Source of the DNA: Octopus bimaculoides
Lineage: Eukaryota
DNA length: 64,000 bases
Assembly (NCBI RefSeq): GCF_001194135.2
Contig: NC_068987.1
Location: 89,298,133-89,362,132, forward strand
Reading direction: 5' to 3'
Part shown: positions 36,543 to 48,899 of the stretch, in pieces
Numbering within the stretch: position 1 is the stretch's first letter
Layout of the letters: each line of letters begins with the position of its first letter
The notes under the pieces: model-generated
The model's input: only the letters and a program-made list of their open reading frames with translations
What the model was told of the DNA's origin: nothing
The model's database searches: none
Made by a program: the position numbers and the translations under genes

Positions 36543-36683
36543 CACATTGAGTGCCATGTATACATGGCACTTTACAAATGTGCCACGTATACGTATATTG
36601 TATATGTTTTCTAATTTGAAAAAAAAAAAAACAGGTGTGGCACATGGGACCAATTTACATATTTGCCCTTGGCACTCAATATG
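36543..36683. mobile_element. Small piggyBac-like MITE
   Basis: ttaa-cacattgagtgcca / tggcactcaatatg-ttag inverted termini. Confidence 0.6.
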
Positions 36684-37424
36684 TTAGCAGAACCAACTCT
36701 ACTTATCCTTTCTTTGCTGTATTTGTGTTAGTACTGGTTACAAACGTTTGAAAGATTGAATCATTTTCAGAAATAATACTTGCTCAATTATTTATTTCAA
36801 ACTGAAGTGAAGTCGTCAATACAAAATTATTATTTAAAGTGTTTCAAACAAAATTTATGAGCATTCATTAAATTCTTAGATAGTATTTGGGCCACAACAT
36901 AAGCATTTGTGCGTCTGTGAGCAGAAGACAAATATAGGATTATTTGATCCATGATGTGAACAAACAAAAAAATAAATTTTTTAAGTGTCAATTTAGTTTC
37001 TAATGTAAGACAACTACTGTTCAGAGTCAAATTTTAAAATTTCAGATATATTGGTGCAAAGGAGAATTGTATGTTCATTTTATTTTTATTTTTTTCTATT
37101 AATTTTAATCCTTTCCAATGTTATTCAAATTAACATGCAAAATATTTTTATCATAGTTTTTAATTTTTGTAGTTCTGTTTTTCCTTTATAACTTTCGGTT
37201 GTTTTTCTTGAAATTTGATTAATTTTTGTCGCTTTTCCGATATATGACAGAGGGGTGTCAAATAGAAAAAAAAAACAATAAAAAAATGAAGGAATTTATC
37301 TGAAGACCCCAAAATTTACAAATTTTATAGACACAGTCTTTTACACACTAATTACTATAACATTTAAATGACATTTAGATCTAATTAATTTTTACCTGTT
37401 GAATTTATGTTAAATTTTGTAATT

Positions 37425-37995
37425 GTTTAATGAGGATAGCTGCGTGAAAAAGTGCCACTCCTTAACAGTTGAGGGAACCCGTGGAAGAGGTAGGCCCAGG
37501 AAAACCTGGGCTGAGGTGGTGAGGCAAGACCTTCGAACATTGGACCTCACCGAGGCGATGACTACTGACCGAGACCTTTGGAAATGTGCTGTGCGTGAGA
37601 AGACCCGGCAAGCCAAGTGAGATCGTTGCCAGGGCCCCTGGACTGGCTCTTGTGCGGGTGGCACATAAGATGTACCATCCTGAGCGTGACCGTTGCCAGT
37701 ACCGCCTGACTGGCCTTGTAGGGTTTTCGAGCGAGATCATTGCCAGTGCCCCTGGATTGGCTCTTGTGCGGGTGGCACATAAAAGACACCATTTCAAGCG
37801 TGGCCGTTTTCGTGTGGGTGACACGTAAAAGCACCCACTACACTCTCTGAGTGGTTGGCGTTAGGAAGGGCATCCAGCTGTAGAAACTCTGCCAAATTAG
37901 ATTGGAGCCTGGTGTAGCCATCCAGTTGCACCAGTCCTCAGTCAAATCGTCCAACCCATGCTAGCATGGAAAGCGGACGTTAAACGATGATGATG
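37425..37995 (+). mobile_element. 5'-truncated RTE LINE (ORF C-terminus plus 3' UTR), well preserved
   Basis: EDSCVKKCHSLTVEGTRGRGRPRKTWAEVVRQDL...DRDLWKCAVREKTRQAK*, then hairpin repeats and (GAT)n. Confidence 0.9.
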
Positions 37996-38654
37996 TCTTT
38001 TACTATGTTAGGTGAATTAATAAAGATTATAGATTTTGGGGTTTTTAACCTTATTTTCGTAGTGGCAAGTTTGCAGAAACATTAGCACATCGCATAAAAT
38101 GCTTTGTGACAATTCTTCTGGTTCTTTATGCTCTGAGTTCAAATCCTGTTAGAAATCAACTTTGCCTTTTATCTTTTCAGGGTTGATAAAATAAGGTACC
38201 ACTCAAGTGCTGGGAGTCGATGTAACTAATTTGTCCCCTCCATTCACAATTGCTGGCTCTGAACCCTATGATGGGTCAGCATCCCATTCAAGGGGTATGT
38301 TGGGATCTCTCTCATTTATACACCATGGAAACCTGGTAACTGGTGTTATGAGTCCTGGGGCTCAAAAAAAAAAATGAGCCCCAAAAGCAAACAACATCTG
38401 TTTTCCATGCTGGCATGGGTTGGACGGTTTGACAGAGCTGGCAAGCCAGACGACTGCACCAGAATTTATTGTTTCTTTTTGACAATACAATAAACCCTCG
38501 ACTATCGCAGGTGTTATGTCCCAAAACCTCCCACAGAAATAATTAAAATTTTAAAAAACATAAATACCAATTAGCTGCAGTAGCTGCAGAAACCTGTGAG
38601 ATACTGGAATAATGTTTGCCTTTCAAACCCTCTTTCATGAGTCCGAAGAGATGA

Positions 38655-38904
38655 TAGTCTGACGAGGAAGTGAAAACTGTGAAGAAGTGGCTCAAAGAAC
38701 AGTCAACAGAATTTTACGTGGATAGGGATACATGCTCTCATTCGAAGGTGGAACATTGCTATTGAGAGAAATGGTGACTATGTTGAGAAGTAGGGTTGTG
38801 ATCCACAGAGGACCAGCTTCATTTTGATGTATGATACATGTTCCTGTGTTGGTAATTATACCTGTCCTAAACAAAATGGCATTACTTGTTGACTCACCCT
38901 TGTA
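38655..38904 (+). mobile_element. Mariner 3' end with TIR
   Basis: SDEEVKTVKKWLKEQSTEFY..GIHALIRRWNIAIERNGDYVEK*; ends cattacttgttgactcacccttg-TA. Confidence 0.8.
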
Positions 38905-38905
38905 T

Positions 38906-38958
<53 letters not shown>

Positions 38959-39478
38959 TATATCATTGCTTAAACATTCGCTTTCCATGCTGGCATGGAT
39001 TGGACGGTTTGACTGAGGACTGGCAAGCCAGTAGGCTGCACCAGGCTCCAGTCTGATCTTGTATATATTTATGTGTGTGTGTGCTTTGTTTGTTTCCCCC
39101 ACAAAGACACACCTATACATGACAACCTTCTTTCCATTTCCATTTACCAAATCCACTCATAAGGCCCAGAGCTATATTAGAGGACACTTGCCCAAGGTGC
39201 CACACAGTGCAATTGAACCTGGAACTATGTGGTTGGGAAATAAATTTCTTGCCACACCTGTACCTGTATGATGATGAATATATATTTTTTTTATTTCTTG
39301 CATCAAACACCTTGGAATATTTTCAGTGGTGTGCTAATTTAGTACAAATCTAAATATTAATAAAGAATTTATTCAAACAGAATAGCAACATAAAAGACTT
39401 CTAAGGCCTGTGCTAAGAACTATATCCTGAATGTGTGGATTGAATCCTGATATTTGATTTAGAATTAAAAGTTTGAAA

Positions 39479-40093
39479 TCATTCAACTTTAGTTTGATCA
39501 GTTACCATTTCTTCCATACTTTCTGTCTCTTCCTCTGCATTTCCATTGGCAAGATTCTTCAATTTATGCATCTTTTGAATCTGCTGTTGTTTCTTTTTCT
39601 TAATCTCTTTCCATTTTTCTATGGCAACATTCCTTCTTGCAGAAAAATTATTTTTCCAAATCGTATGTTGTTCTTCCGTTTCACTGATTTCTTTCCTCAG
39701 TTGCTTCACACGATTTTCCCATTCATCATCTTGGAACAGTGGGCTTTTTTTACCACTCTTGTCATTTTTGTTGTTGTTATTGCCAATTGTGTCATAAAGG
39801 TAGGACAAATCATCATCGTCTTCCTCTCTTCTCACTTTATCATCTGGTGTGTCTTCCAAAAGAGTTTTAATGTCATTGATATTGCTGTTGTGGTTATTAC
39901 CATTATTTATGTTGTTATTACCATTATTATTGTTGTTATTGTCACTGTTAGTGAAATTATCTTCACCACCTTCGACACCCAAGTCTTTTCCTTTAACATT
40001 ACTGCTGTCATTATCATCATCTTGAAGTAATCCATTATCTTTATGGTCTATATTTGACCCTGACTCTGGAGATACATCATTCATTTCTGCCAT
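39479..40093 (-). CDS. Putative lineage-specific protein or coding exon (204 aa from first ATG): Asn/Asp-rich N-half, charged helical C-half
   Basis: Stop-free 615 nt in AT-rich DNA with no TE motifs I recognise; ATG at 40093 with in-frame upstream stop; candidate acceptor ttcattttcag at ~40230. No recognised domain. Confidence 0.5.
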   Translation of the reverse strand: MAEMNDVSPESGSNIDHKDNGLLQDDDNDSSNVKGKDLGVEGGEDNFTNSDNNNNNNGNNNINNGNNHNSNINDIKTLLEDTPDDKVRREEDDDDLSYLYDTIGNNNNKNDKSGKKSPLFQDDEWENRVKQLRKEISETEEQHTIWKNNFSARRNVAIEKWKEIKKKKQQQIQKMHKLKNLANGNAEEETESMEEMVTDQTKVE

Positions 40094-41083
40094 AATAGAA
40101 GCCAAATCTGTTTTATCCTATTTCTGTTATGAATCATACATATGTGTGTGTGTTGCTTTGTGTTGGGCAAACTAGAGAGGAATGCTTAGCAAATGTTGCA
40201 GAGGATATGTTTGTCTTTTTTTATTGAAACTGAAAATGAAAGTAAGTTTTGTGGTTCGAGTGTCAGACTGCTTTGATCTTCAGGCAATATATATATATAT
40301 ATATATATATATATGCTCACTTGATATATTTCAAATAGCAATAAAAAATATATAAATAGGTTTTTGTAGACATCAATTATTCTATAGTTTTTGTCTTAAA
40401 TGGATCATGACCAGGCAAAACCTGAAATTAAAAAGAAAGAAAAATCTTATTAGCAAAAAATGTATGAAGGGATTAATTTAATTTATTCTTGAGAAAAAGG
40501 ATGAATGATTTATGAAAGAAAATATTAAACAGTAATGAAATAATGTTTCAAAATAGGTATAGAGATAGCTGTGTGGTTAAGAAGCTAGCTTTGCAACCAC
40601 ATTGATTCAGGTTCAGTTCCACTGTGTGGCACTTTGGCTGAGTGTCTTCTATTGTAGCCCAAAGCTGATCAATGTCTTGCAAGTAAATTTGTATCTGTAT
40701 GTATGTGTGTATGGCAATAACTGAGTGTGTGTGTGTGTGGCAGTAACTGTGTGCATGTGTGTGTGTGGCGGTAACCGAGTGCATGTGGTAGTAACTGTTT
40801 ATGTGTGAGAGTGGTCTTTGTGTCTGTTAATGTCATAGTAAGAGATTAGCAGCTATGGTTAAAGGTCTGGTTGTTTTTGTGTAGTTGTGTGTTTTTGCAC
40901 ATGTGCAGTAGTAGGGTGTTTGAGAGGCAGTTTGAAGGGTGTGTGGTAAGTAACTTGCTTACCAACCACATGGTTCTGGGTTCAGTCCTTCTGTGTGGCA
41001 CCTTGGGCAAGTACCTTCTGCTATAGCCTTGGACTGACCAAGGCCTTGTGAGTGGTAGATGGAAACTGAAAGGAGCCCATCGC

Positions 41084-41115
<32 letters not shown>

Positions 41116-41289
41116 GTGTGTGTGTTTGTCCCCCCAACATCACTTGACAACCGATGCTGGTAAAAGAGACCAATAGAATAAGCACTAGGCTTACAAATGA
41201 TAAGTCCTGTGGTTGATTTGCTCTCACTAAAGGCGGTGCCCCAGCATGGCCGTAGTCAAATGACTGAAACAAGTAAAAGAATAAAAGAA

Positions 41290-41665
41290 TTTATCGTGGC
41301 ATTCCATCGGTTATGACAATGAGGGTTTCAGTTGATCCGATCAACGGAACAGCCTGCTCGTGAAATTAACGTGTAAGTGGCTGAGCACTCCACAGACATG
41401 AGTACTCTTAAGATAGTTCTCAGGGAGATTCAGTGTGACATAGCTGGCCCTTTGAAATACAGGTACAACAGAAACAGGAAGAAAGGGTGAGAGAAAGTTA
41501 TGCTGAAAGAGTATAGCAGGGTTCACCACCAGCCCCTGCTGGAGCCTTGTGGAGCTTTAGGTGTTTTCACTCAATAAACACTCACAACACTCAGTCTGGG
41601 AATTGAAGTCGCAATCCCACAACTGCGAGTCTGCTGCCCTAACCACTGGGCCATTGCACCTCTAC
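41290..41665 (-). mobile_element. tRNA-Arg-like SINE
   Basis: Head ggtgcaatggcccagtggttagggcagcagacTCGcagttgtgggattgcgacttcaattccc with A/B boxes and a TCG anticodon-like triplet. Confidence 0.7.
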
Positions 41666-41796
41666 AAAAGAATATCATCATCATCATCATCATCGTTTAA
41701 CGTCCGCTTTCCATGCTAGCATGGGTTGGACGATTTGACTGAGGACTGGTGAAACCGGATGGCAACACTAGGCTCCTATATATATATATATATATA

Positions 41797-42050
41797 TATT
41801 GTATAAAAGGTCGTGGGTAAGGCCAAAACAATGCCAAATAAATGCAAGGTAAATCACAAGAAAACAAATATGTGAATTATGTAGATTTACCTTGTATTCA
41901 ATATTTCGGGGTTATAAGCCCATTTTCAAGAAATAGACGATATATTGAATGCAAGGTAAGTCTACATTAATTCACATATTTATTTTCTTGTGATTTACCT
42001 TGCATTTACTTCACATTGTTTTGGCCTTGCCCATGATCCTTTATGCAATA
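41797..42050. mobile_element. Long palindromic element (~110-bp arms, ~35-bp spacer) inserted in (TA)n
   Basis: ggtaaggccaaaacaatg...accttgtattcaatat is mirrored by atattgaatgcaaggt...cattgttttggccttgcc. Confidence 0.85.
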
Positions 42051-42879
42051 TATTCTACACAATGCTTCATAGTAATTATACCATTATATATATATATATA
42101 TATATATATAATGCGTGGCACCTTGGGCAAGTGTCTTCTACTATAACCTCAGGCCGACCAAAGCCTTGTGAGTGGATTTGGTAGACGGAAACTGAAAGAA
42201 GCCCATCGTATATATATATATATGTTTGTGTATCTGGGTTTGCTCCCCACAACATCGCTTCAGAACTGATGCTGGTGTGTTTACGTCCCCGTAACTTAGC
42301 AGTTCGGCAAAAGAGACCGATAGAATAAGTACTTGGCTTACAAAGAATAAGTCCTGGGGTCGATTTGCTCGACTAAAGGTGGTGCTCCAGCATGGCTGCA
42401 GTCAAATGACTGAAACAAGTAAAAGAGTTAAAAGAGTAATACACACACACACACACAACTGTACAAATGTTTTCATAATGGACACATTATAAGCTCATGC
42501 AATAAGCAGCCATCACTTTCTTAGCAGTTGAAATTTAAATAAATGTTGCTTATTGCATGAACTTAGTATAAGTACATTATAGAAACATTTGAACAGTTGT
42601 AGTAGTAGTAGTATTAATAAATCTTTTGTTTTTGCAGCAAGAGATTGCTCAGTAGATATTTCTAATTAAGTAAATAGCTTTTTCATAATTCACATTTTTT
42701 AGAAATTATGTTGATACACATTATTCATTAAAATTGTAATATATAAAACAGACAGAGTCAACAACTATTGAAGAGGTTGCAAGAAGCAACGAAAATTATT
42801 TCTATCAATGTAGGTGATCTCCAGCCAACCAGGAGGGGCAGCAGTTCAGAGAAGGAAAAAAATTACTTGGAATGTGATA

Positions 42880-43635
42880 TATATAAGGACAGCTGTGTAA
42901 AAAAGTGTCGTGGAAGGAGTAGACTCAGGAAGATGTGGGATGAGGTGGTGAAGCACGACCAAACATTGGGCCTTACCGAAGCAATGACTAGTGACCGAGA
43001 CCTTTGGAGATATGCTGTGCTTGAGAAGACCCAACAAGCCAAGTGAGACCATAGCCCGTGGCCTATGCCAGTGGGTGTAACCAGCCCACTTATGAGTACC
43101 CCTCATTCATTGGACAATAAACTTTGCTTGCGAAGACCTGTTGAGGTAAGTGAAATCAAATCAAAATCGCTGACGTGGCTGATTGGTACTCATGCTAGTG
43201 GAACGTTAAAAGCACATCCGAGCGTGATAGTTGCCAGGGTCACAGATTGGCTCTCGTGCCGGTGGCACATAGAAAGCACCATTCGAGTGTGATTATTGCC
43301 AGCTTCACCTTACCGGCACATGTGCCAGTGGAACATGAAAAATAACATTTGAGTGTAGTTGTTGCCAGTGCTGCTGGACTGGCTCCCGTGCAAGTAGCAC
43401 ATAAAAAACAGCTTTTGAGCATGGTTGTTGCCAGAACTGCCTGACTGGCCCTTGTGCCGGTGGCACATAAAAAGCACCCACTACACTCTCAGAGTGGTTG
43501 GCATTAGGAAGGGCATCCAGCTGTAGAAACTTTGCCAGATCAGATTGGAGCCTGGTGCAGCCTTCTGGCTCACCAGTCCTCAGCCAAACCATCCAACCCA
43601 TGTCAGCATGGAAAGCGGATGTTAAACGATGATGA
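42880..43635 (+). mobile_element. RTE LINE 3' end with an extra unique segment at the start of the 3' UTR
   Basis: DSCVKKCRGRSRLRKMWDEVV...DRDLWRYAVLEKTQQAK*, ~130 bp extra sequence, then repeat units, conserved block and (GAT)n. Confidence 0.8.
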
Positions 43636-45412
43636 TGATATATATATATATGTATATATTATCATCATCATCATCATTTAATGTACTGGTTCCACACAGG
43701 CATGCATGGAATGGTTAAGGAGGATCCAATTAGTCTAAGGACTGTGTTAGCCTCAAATGTCTGTTTTGGAATGGTTTCTACAGCTGGATACTCTTCCTAA
43801 TACCAACAAGTTTACAGAATGGACTGGACACCTTTTTTGTGACACCAGCACTTATGAAGTCACTGAATAACTCACAAGACAAGACCCCATTCACAAAGTG
43901 GTAGAGCAGTAATCGTGGCTTTGTACCAGGTGTAGTGAAAGAGGGACAAGTATAGGGGGTCTTGCTGTGAAGGAGATACAGATATACCCCCAGTAGGAAA
44001 GTGGGGGATGGTGCAAATGAATTATTAAGGCATGCCCTTAAGATACAAGTACATGGACAGAGAAAGAATGGGGACACAGAACCAAGGATTGGTGGGTAGG
44101 TAGATAAGGTGGATGAAGGAGTGTGTGGAGGAGACTGAAGATGCTCACAAGGCAGGGATAACTTCACAGTCACTGTCAGCCTTTTCATTGTAAAAGTTTG
44201 ATAAAGATTTATTCAACTAAAAAGTATTGAATAATCCTTACTTGATGTGAAATTGACTTTATATACTCTTTTACTTGCTTCAGTCATTTTGACTGTGGCC
44301 ATGCTGGAGCACCGCCTTTAGTCGAGCAAATCGATCCCAGGACTTATTCTTCATAAGCCTAGTTAGTACATATTCTATCGGACTGTTTTGCCAAACTACT
44401 AAGTTATGGGGACGTAAACACACCAGCATCGGTTGTCAAGCGATGTTGGGGGGACAAACACAGACATATGCACACACATACATATATATTCATATACAAT
44501 GGGCTTCTTTCAGTTTCTGTCTACCAAATCCACTCGCAAAGGCTTTAGTTGGCCTGAGGCTATAGAAGAAGACACTTGCCCAAGGTGTCACAGAGTGGGA
44601 CTGAACCTGGAACCATGTGGTTGGTGGGCAAGCTACTTACCACACAGCCACTCCTGCACCTATATATATATATATATATATATNNNNNNNNNNNNNNNNN
44701 NNNNNNNNNNNNNNNNNNNNNNNNNNNNNNNNNNNNNNNNNNNNNNNNNNNNNNNNNNNNNNNNNNNNNNNNNNNNNNNNNNNNNNNNNNNNNNNNNNNN
44801 NNNNNNNNNNNNNNNNNNNNNNNNNNNNNNNNNNNNNNNNNNNNNNNNNNNNNNNNNNNNNNNNNNNNNNNNNNNNNNNNNNNNNNNNNNNNNNNNNNNN
44901 NNNNNNNNNNNNNNNNNNNNNNNNNNNNNNNNNNNNNNNNNNNNNNNNNNNNNNNNNNNNNNNNNNNNNNNNNNNNNNNNNNNNNNNNNNNNNNNNNNNN
45001 NNNNNNNNNNNNNNNNNNNNNNNNNNNNNNNNNNNNNNNNNNNNNNNNNNNNNNNNNNNNNNNNNNNNNNNNNNNNNNNNNNNNNNNNNNNNNNNNNNNN
45101 NNNNNNNNNNNNNNNNNNNNNNNNNNNNNNNNNNNNNNNNNNNNNNNNNNNNNNNNNNNNNNNNNNNNNNNNNNNNNNNNNNNNNNNNNNNNNNNNNNNN
45201 NNNNNNNNNNNNNNNNNNNNNNNNNNNNNNNNNNNNNNNNNNNNNNNNNNNNNNNNNNNNNTAGGAAGGGCATCCAGCTGTAGAAACTCTGCCAAATTAG
45301 ATTGGAGCCTGATGTTGCCATCCGGTTTCACCAGTCCTCAGTCAAATCGTCCAACCCATGCTAGCATGGAAAGCGGACGTTAAACGATGATGATGATGAT
45401 ATATATATATAT

Positions 45413-45838
45413 AGGCGCAGGAGTGGCTGTGTGGTAAGTAGCTTGCTTACCAACCACATGGTTCCGGGTTCAGTCCCACTGCGTGGCACCTTGGGCAAAT
45501 GTCTTCTACTTTAGCCTCGGGCTGACCTAAGCCTTGTGAGTGGATTTGGTAGACGGAAACTGAAAGAAGCCTGTCGTATATATGTATATATGGAATGCGT
45601 GTATATATATATATATATGTGTGTATGTTCGTGTGTCTGTGTTTGTCCCCCACCATCGCTTGACAACCAGTGCTGGTGTGTTTACATCCCTGTAACATAG
45701 CGGTTCGGCAAAATGAGACCGATAGAATAAGTACTAGGCTTACAGAGAACAAGTCCTGGGGTCGATTTTCTCGACTAAAGGCGGTGCTCCAGCATGGCCA
45801 CAGTCAAATGACTGAAACCAGTAAGAGAGTAAAGAGTA
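45413..45838 (+). mobile_element. Full-length tRNA-derived SINE, family C (CORE-like central motif, internal (TA/TG)n)
   Basis: Head ggcgcaggagtggctgtgtggtaag...gggttcagtccc, motif ggcaccttgggcaa(a/g)tgtcttct resembling the CORE domain, tail gtaaaagag. Other copies ~40930-41285(+), 42113-42437(+), 44270-44660(-), 39100-39270(-), 48690-48890(-). Confidence 0.8.
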
Positions 45839-46299
45839 TATATATGTTGACCTCTGTCGATTTACCAGAAATGATAAATGAGAGGACTCAATACAAATGT
45901 GGAGTGTTCTTTAACACACTATTACTGAAAGGCTCCAATTTCTAGTAATCAGAGTTGTTCGTTTCCGATCATCAGCTGGTAAACTGAGCCTGGTTTCCTT
46001 TTGAATATCCACTGATTATTGGAAATAAGCAACTGGAAATCAAGGCCGTTGAGTTACAATGATTTTACACACACACACACACACACACACATTCACACAT
46101 TCAGTTGAAGAATTAAATGTAATGCCATAAATCCACTCTCACTTAATGTCTTATATTCTGTAACTAACTGGAATTTCAATTTGTATGGACAGCTTTCTTT
46201 GAGACAAATCTTCTATTTATGTACACTTAGAAATACAGATATATCAAATACCATATAACATAAATTCTTGATTTATGAAAATCATCTCGGCCTCTAGAG

Positions 46300-46869
46300 C
46301 AGTGTTTCTCAACCTTTTTATCCCTGCATAACCCTTAAAATAAATTACATGTCTCTTAAAATAAATTATAAGGAACCCCTGCACAAAAGAAATTATACAC
46401 CATATCTTTCTCATATATTTTTTCATCATAGTTCACATGGTAAATATATATATTTCTATACTTTCTAATTATTAGCATTGGTTCCTGATAAACTCTTGTT
46501 TATTCTGTTGTTATTTACACTCTACATGCAAAATGTGTCTGAACACCAAGGCCCGGAGATAATACAGGTAATGGATACCAATAGTATATACGGATATTTT
46601 ATCCCTCAGTTGGTTACTATAACCGCTAACTCTGTATACACTTCACACACACACACATATATATGGTTGTTATATTTTTTGATAATATTATAGGTTAGAT
46701 AGGATGATGTCTATATTACAATATTACAATAACCAATCATATGTTGTGCACGTAGAGTAATATTACGATCATGAAATTAGCATTAGCTTATCTCACTATT
46801 TCTTGCTGAGCCCCTAGGAACCTTTTGCGGAACTCTAGGGTTCTGGGGAATCTCCATTGAGAAACACTG
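46300..46869. mobile_element. hAT (Charlie-like) MITE with 8-bp TSD
   Basis: TIR cagtgtttctcaa / ttgagaaacactg; CTCTAGAG at 46292-46299 and 46870-46877. Confidence 0.92.
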
Positions 46870-47324
46870 CTCTAGAGGATGTAACATAATTACTAAATGG
46901 CAATTAAGATCAGCTCCACTTGAGAAGGGGAGACAATCTTATGAATCTAGAATTCCCCAAAGTCAAAACATCATTAAGCAAAAAAGGGTAGGTTTATTCT
47001 TTGGAGAGAAGAGGACAGACATGAACATGGCATCTGCATGACCTTGTTTCCAGTAGCCTAAGGTCAGGTCACGTGTGGGGGGCATGTGCCATTGTGATGC
47101 ACTACTGAATTCACCATTTGTTAGCATATTCCTGAATCCTTTCAAGTGACTGTTGAGTAGATTCCCCCATCAGTCGCCATCTCCATGAGATACCTCTTCA
47201 TCTGTTGTGCCCAAGTGGCATGGGGGTTGATCAACACAAGCCATCAACCCAGTCAGATTCTCAGTGAAGCGAACAGGATAGACAAAGTCTAACTTGGAAA
47301 TTCAAGCAACTTCCAGGGTGAAAA

Positions 47325-48400
47325 ACTAGAGGTAGTCGATAGCTTCCGCTATCTGGGCGACCAAGTTAGTAGTGGGGGTGGGTGCGCTGAAAGTGTAGCT
47401 GCTAGAATAAGAATAGCCTGGGCAAAGTTTAGAGAGCTCTTACCCCTGCTGGCGACAAAGGGACTCTCACTCAGAGTAAAAGGCAGACTGTATGACGCAT
47501 GCGTACGAACAACCATGCTACATGGCAGTGAAACATGGGCTGTAACTGCTGAGGACATACGTAAGCTCGCAAGGAATGAAGCCAGTATGCTCCGTTGGAT
47601 GTGTAATGTCAATGTGAATACCCGTCAGAGTGTAAGNNNNNNNNNNNNNNNNNNNNNNNNNNNNNNNNNNNNNNNNNNNNNNNNNNNNNNNNNNNNNNNN
47701 NNNNNNNNNNNNNNNNNNNNNNNNNNNNNNNNNNNNNNNNNNNNNNNNNNNNNNNNNNNNNNNNNNNNNNNNNNNNNNNNNNNNNNNNNNNNNNNNNNNN
47801 NNNNNNNNNNNNNNNNNNNNNNNNNNNNNNNNNNNNNNNNNNNNNNNNNNNNNNNNNNNNNNNNNNNNNNNNNNNNNNNNNNNNNNNNNNNNNNNNNNNN
47901 NNNNNNNNNNNNNNNNNNNNNNNNNNNNNNNNNNNNNNNNNNNNNNNNNNNNNNNNNNNNNNNNNNNNNNNNNNNNNNNNNNNNNNNNNNNNNNNNNNNN
48001 NNNNNNNNNNNNNNNNNNNNNNNNNNNNNNNNNNNNNNNNNNNNNNNNNNNNNNNNNNNNNNNNNNNNNNNNNNNNNNNNNNNNNNNNNNNNNNNNNNNN
48101 NNNNNNNNNNNNNNNNNNNNNNNNNNNNNNNNNNNNNNNNNNNNNNNNNNNNNNNNNNNNNNNNNNNNNNNNNNNNNNNNNNNNNNNNNNNCACCATTTC
48201 GAGCGTGGCTGTTTTCGTGCGGGTGACACGTAAAAGCACCCACTACACTCTTTGAGTGGTTGGCGTTAGGAAGGGCATCCAGCTGTAGAAACTCTGCCAA
48301 ATCAGACTGGAGCCTGGTGTTGCCATCCGGTTTCACCAGTCCTCAGTCAAATCGTCCAACCCATGCTAGCATGGAAAGCGGACGTTAAACGATGATGATA
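47325..48400 (+). mobile_element. Young-looking 5'-truncated RTE LINE spanning a gap
   Basis: Uninterrupted LEVVDSFRYLGDQVSSGGGCAESVAARIRIAWAKFRELLPLL...MLHGSETW...NEASMLRWMC; 3' UTR resumes after the Ns. Confidence 0.9.
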
Positions 48401-48899
48401 GCCAAACAGTTTGAACTGATATTCCCAAATCATACAAGTAACAGCATGCAGCCTGCTTTCTGAGAAGAGTGATGGGTTGGATACGAAATCCGACCAATAG
48501 TAACTCATAGTCCTGCAAAGTGTCCTGGGACCAAAGAATTTCAAGTGGATCCTAAAGGCCCTGGACGATGTCCAAATCTGACAAGTACAGAGCAGCTCTG
48601 CCCTGTCCTGCTCTATACTAACCAAACCTGGTCTTTTCTCTCTTTTTTCTATTTTTCTTTTCTTATCTACCATCCTTTTGTTATCTTTGGTCATTTACTT
48701 GTTTCGTCATGAGACTGCGGCCATGCTGGGGCACTGCCATGAGGAATATTTTAGTCGAATGAATTGACCCCAGGACCTATGTTTTTTTTAAAGCCTGGTA
48801 CTTATTCTATTGATCTGTTTCGCTGAACTGCTTAGTGATGGGAATGTAAACACACCAACACTGATTGTCAGGCAGTGGTGGGGGACAAAGACACATACA

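Noticed and set aside
38659-38680. Hammerhead-like CTGACGAG...GAAA
   Set aside because: Lies in mariner coding sequence (SDEEVK) and no stem II can form.
39473-40030. 185-aa hydrophobic plus-strand ORF resembling a membrane protein
   Set aside because: Antisense of the charged/Asn-rich ORF; hydrophobicity follows from complementing A-rich codons.
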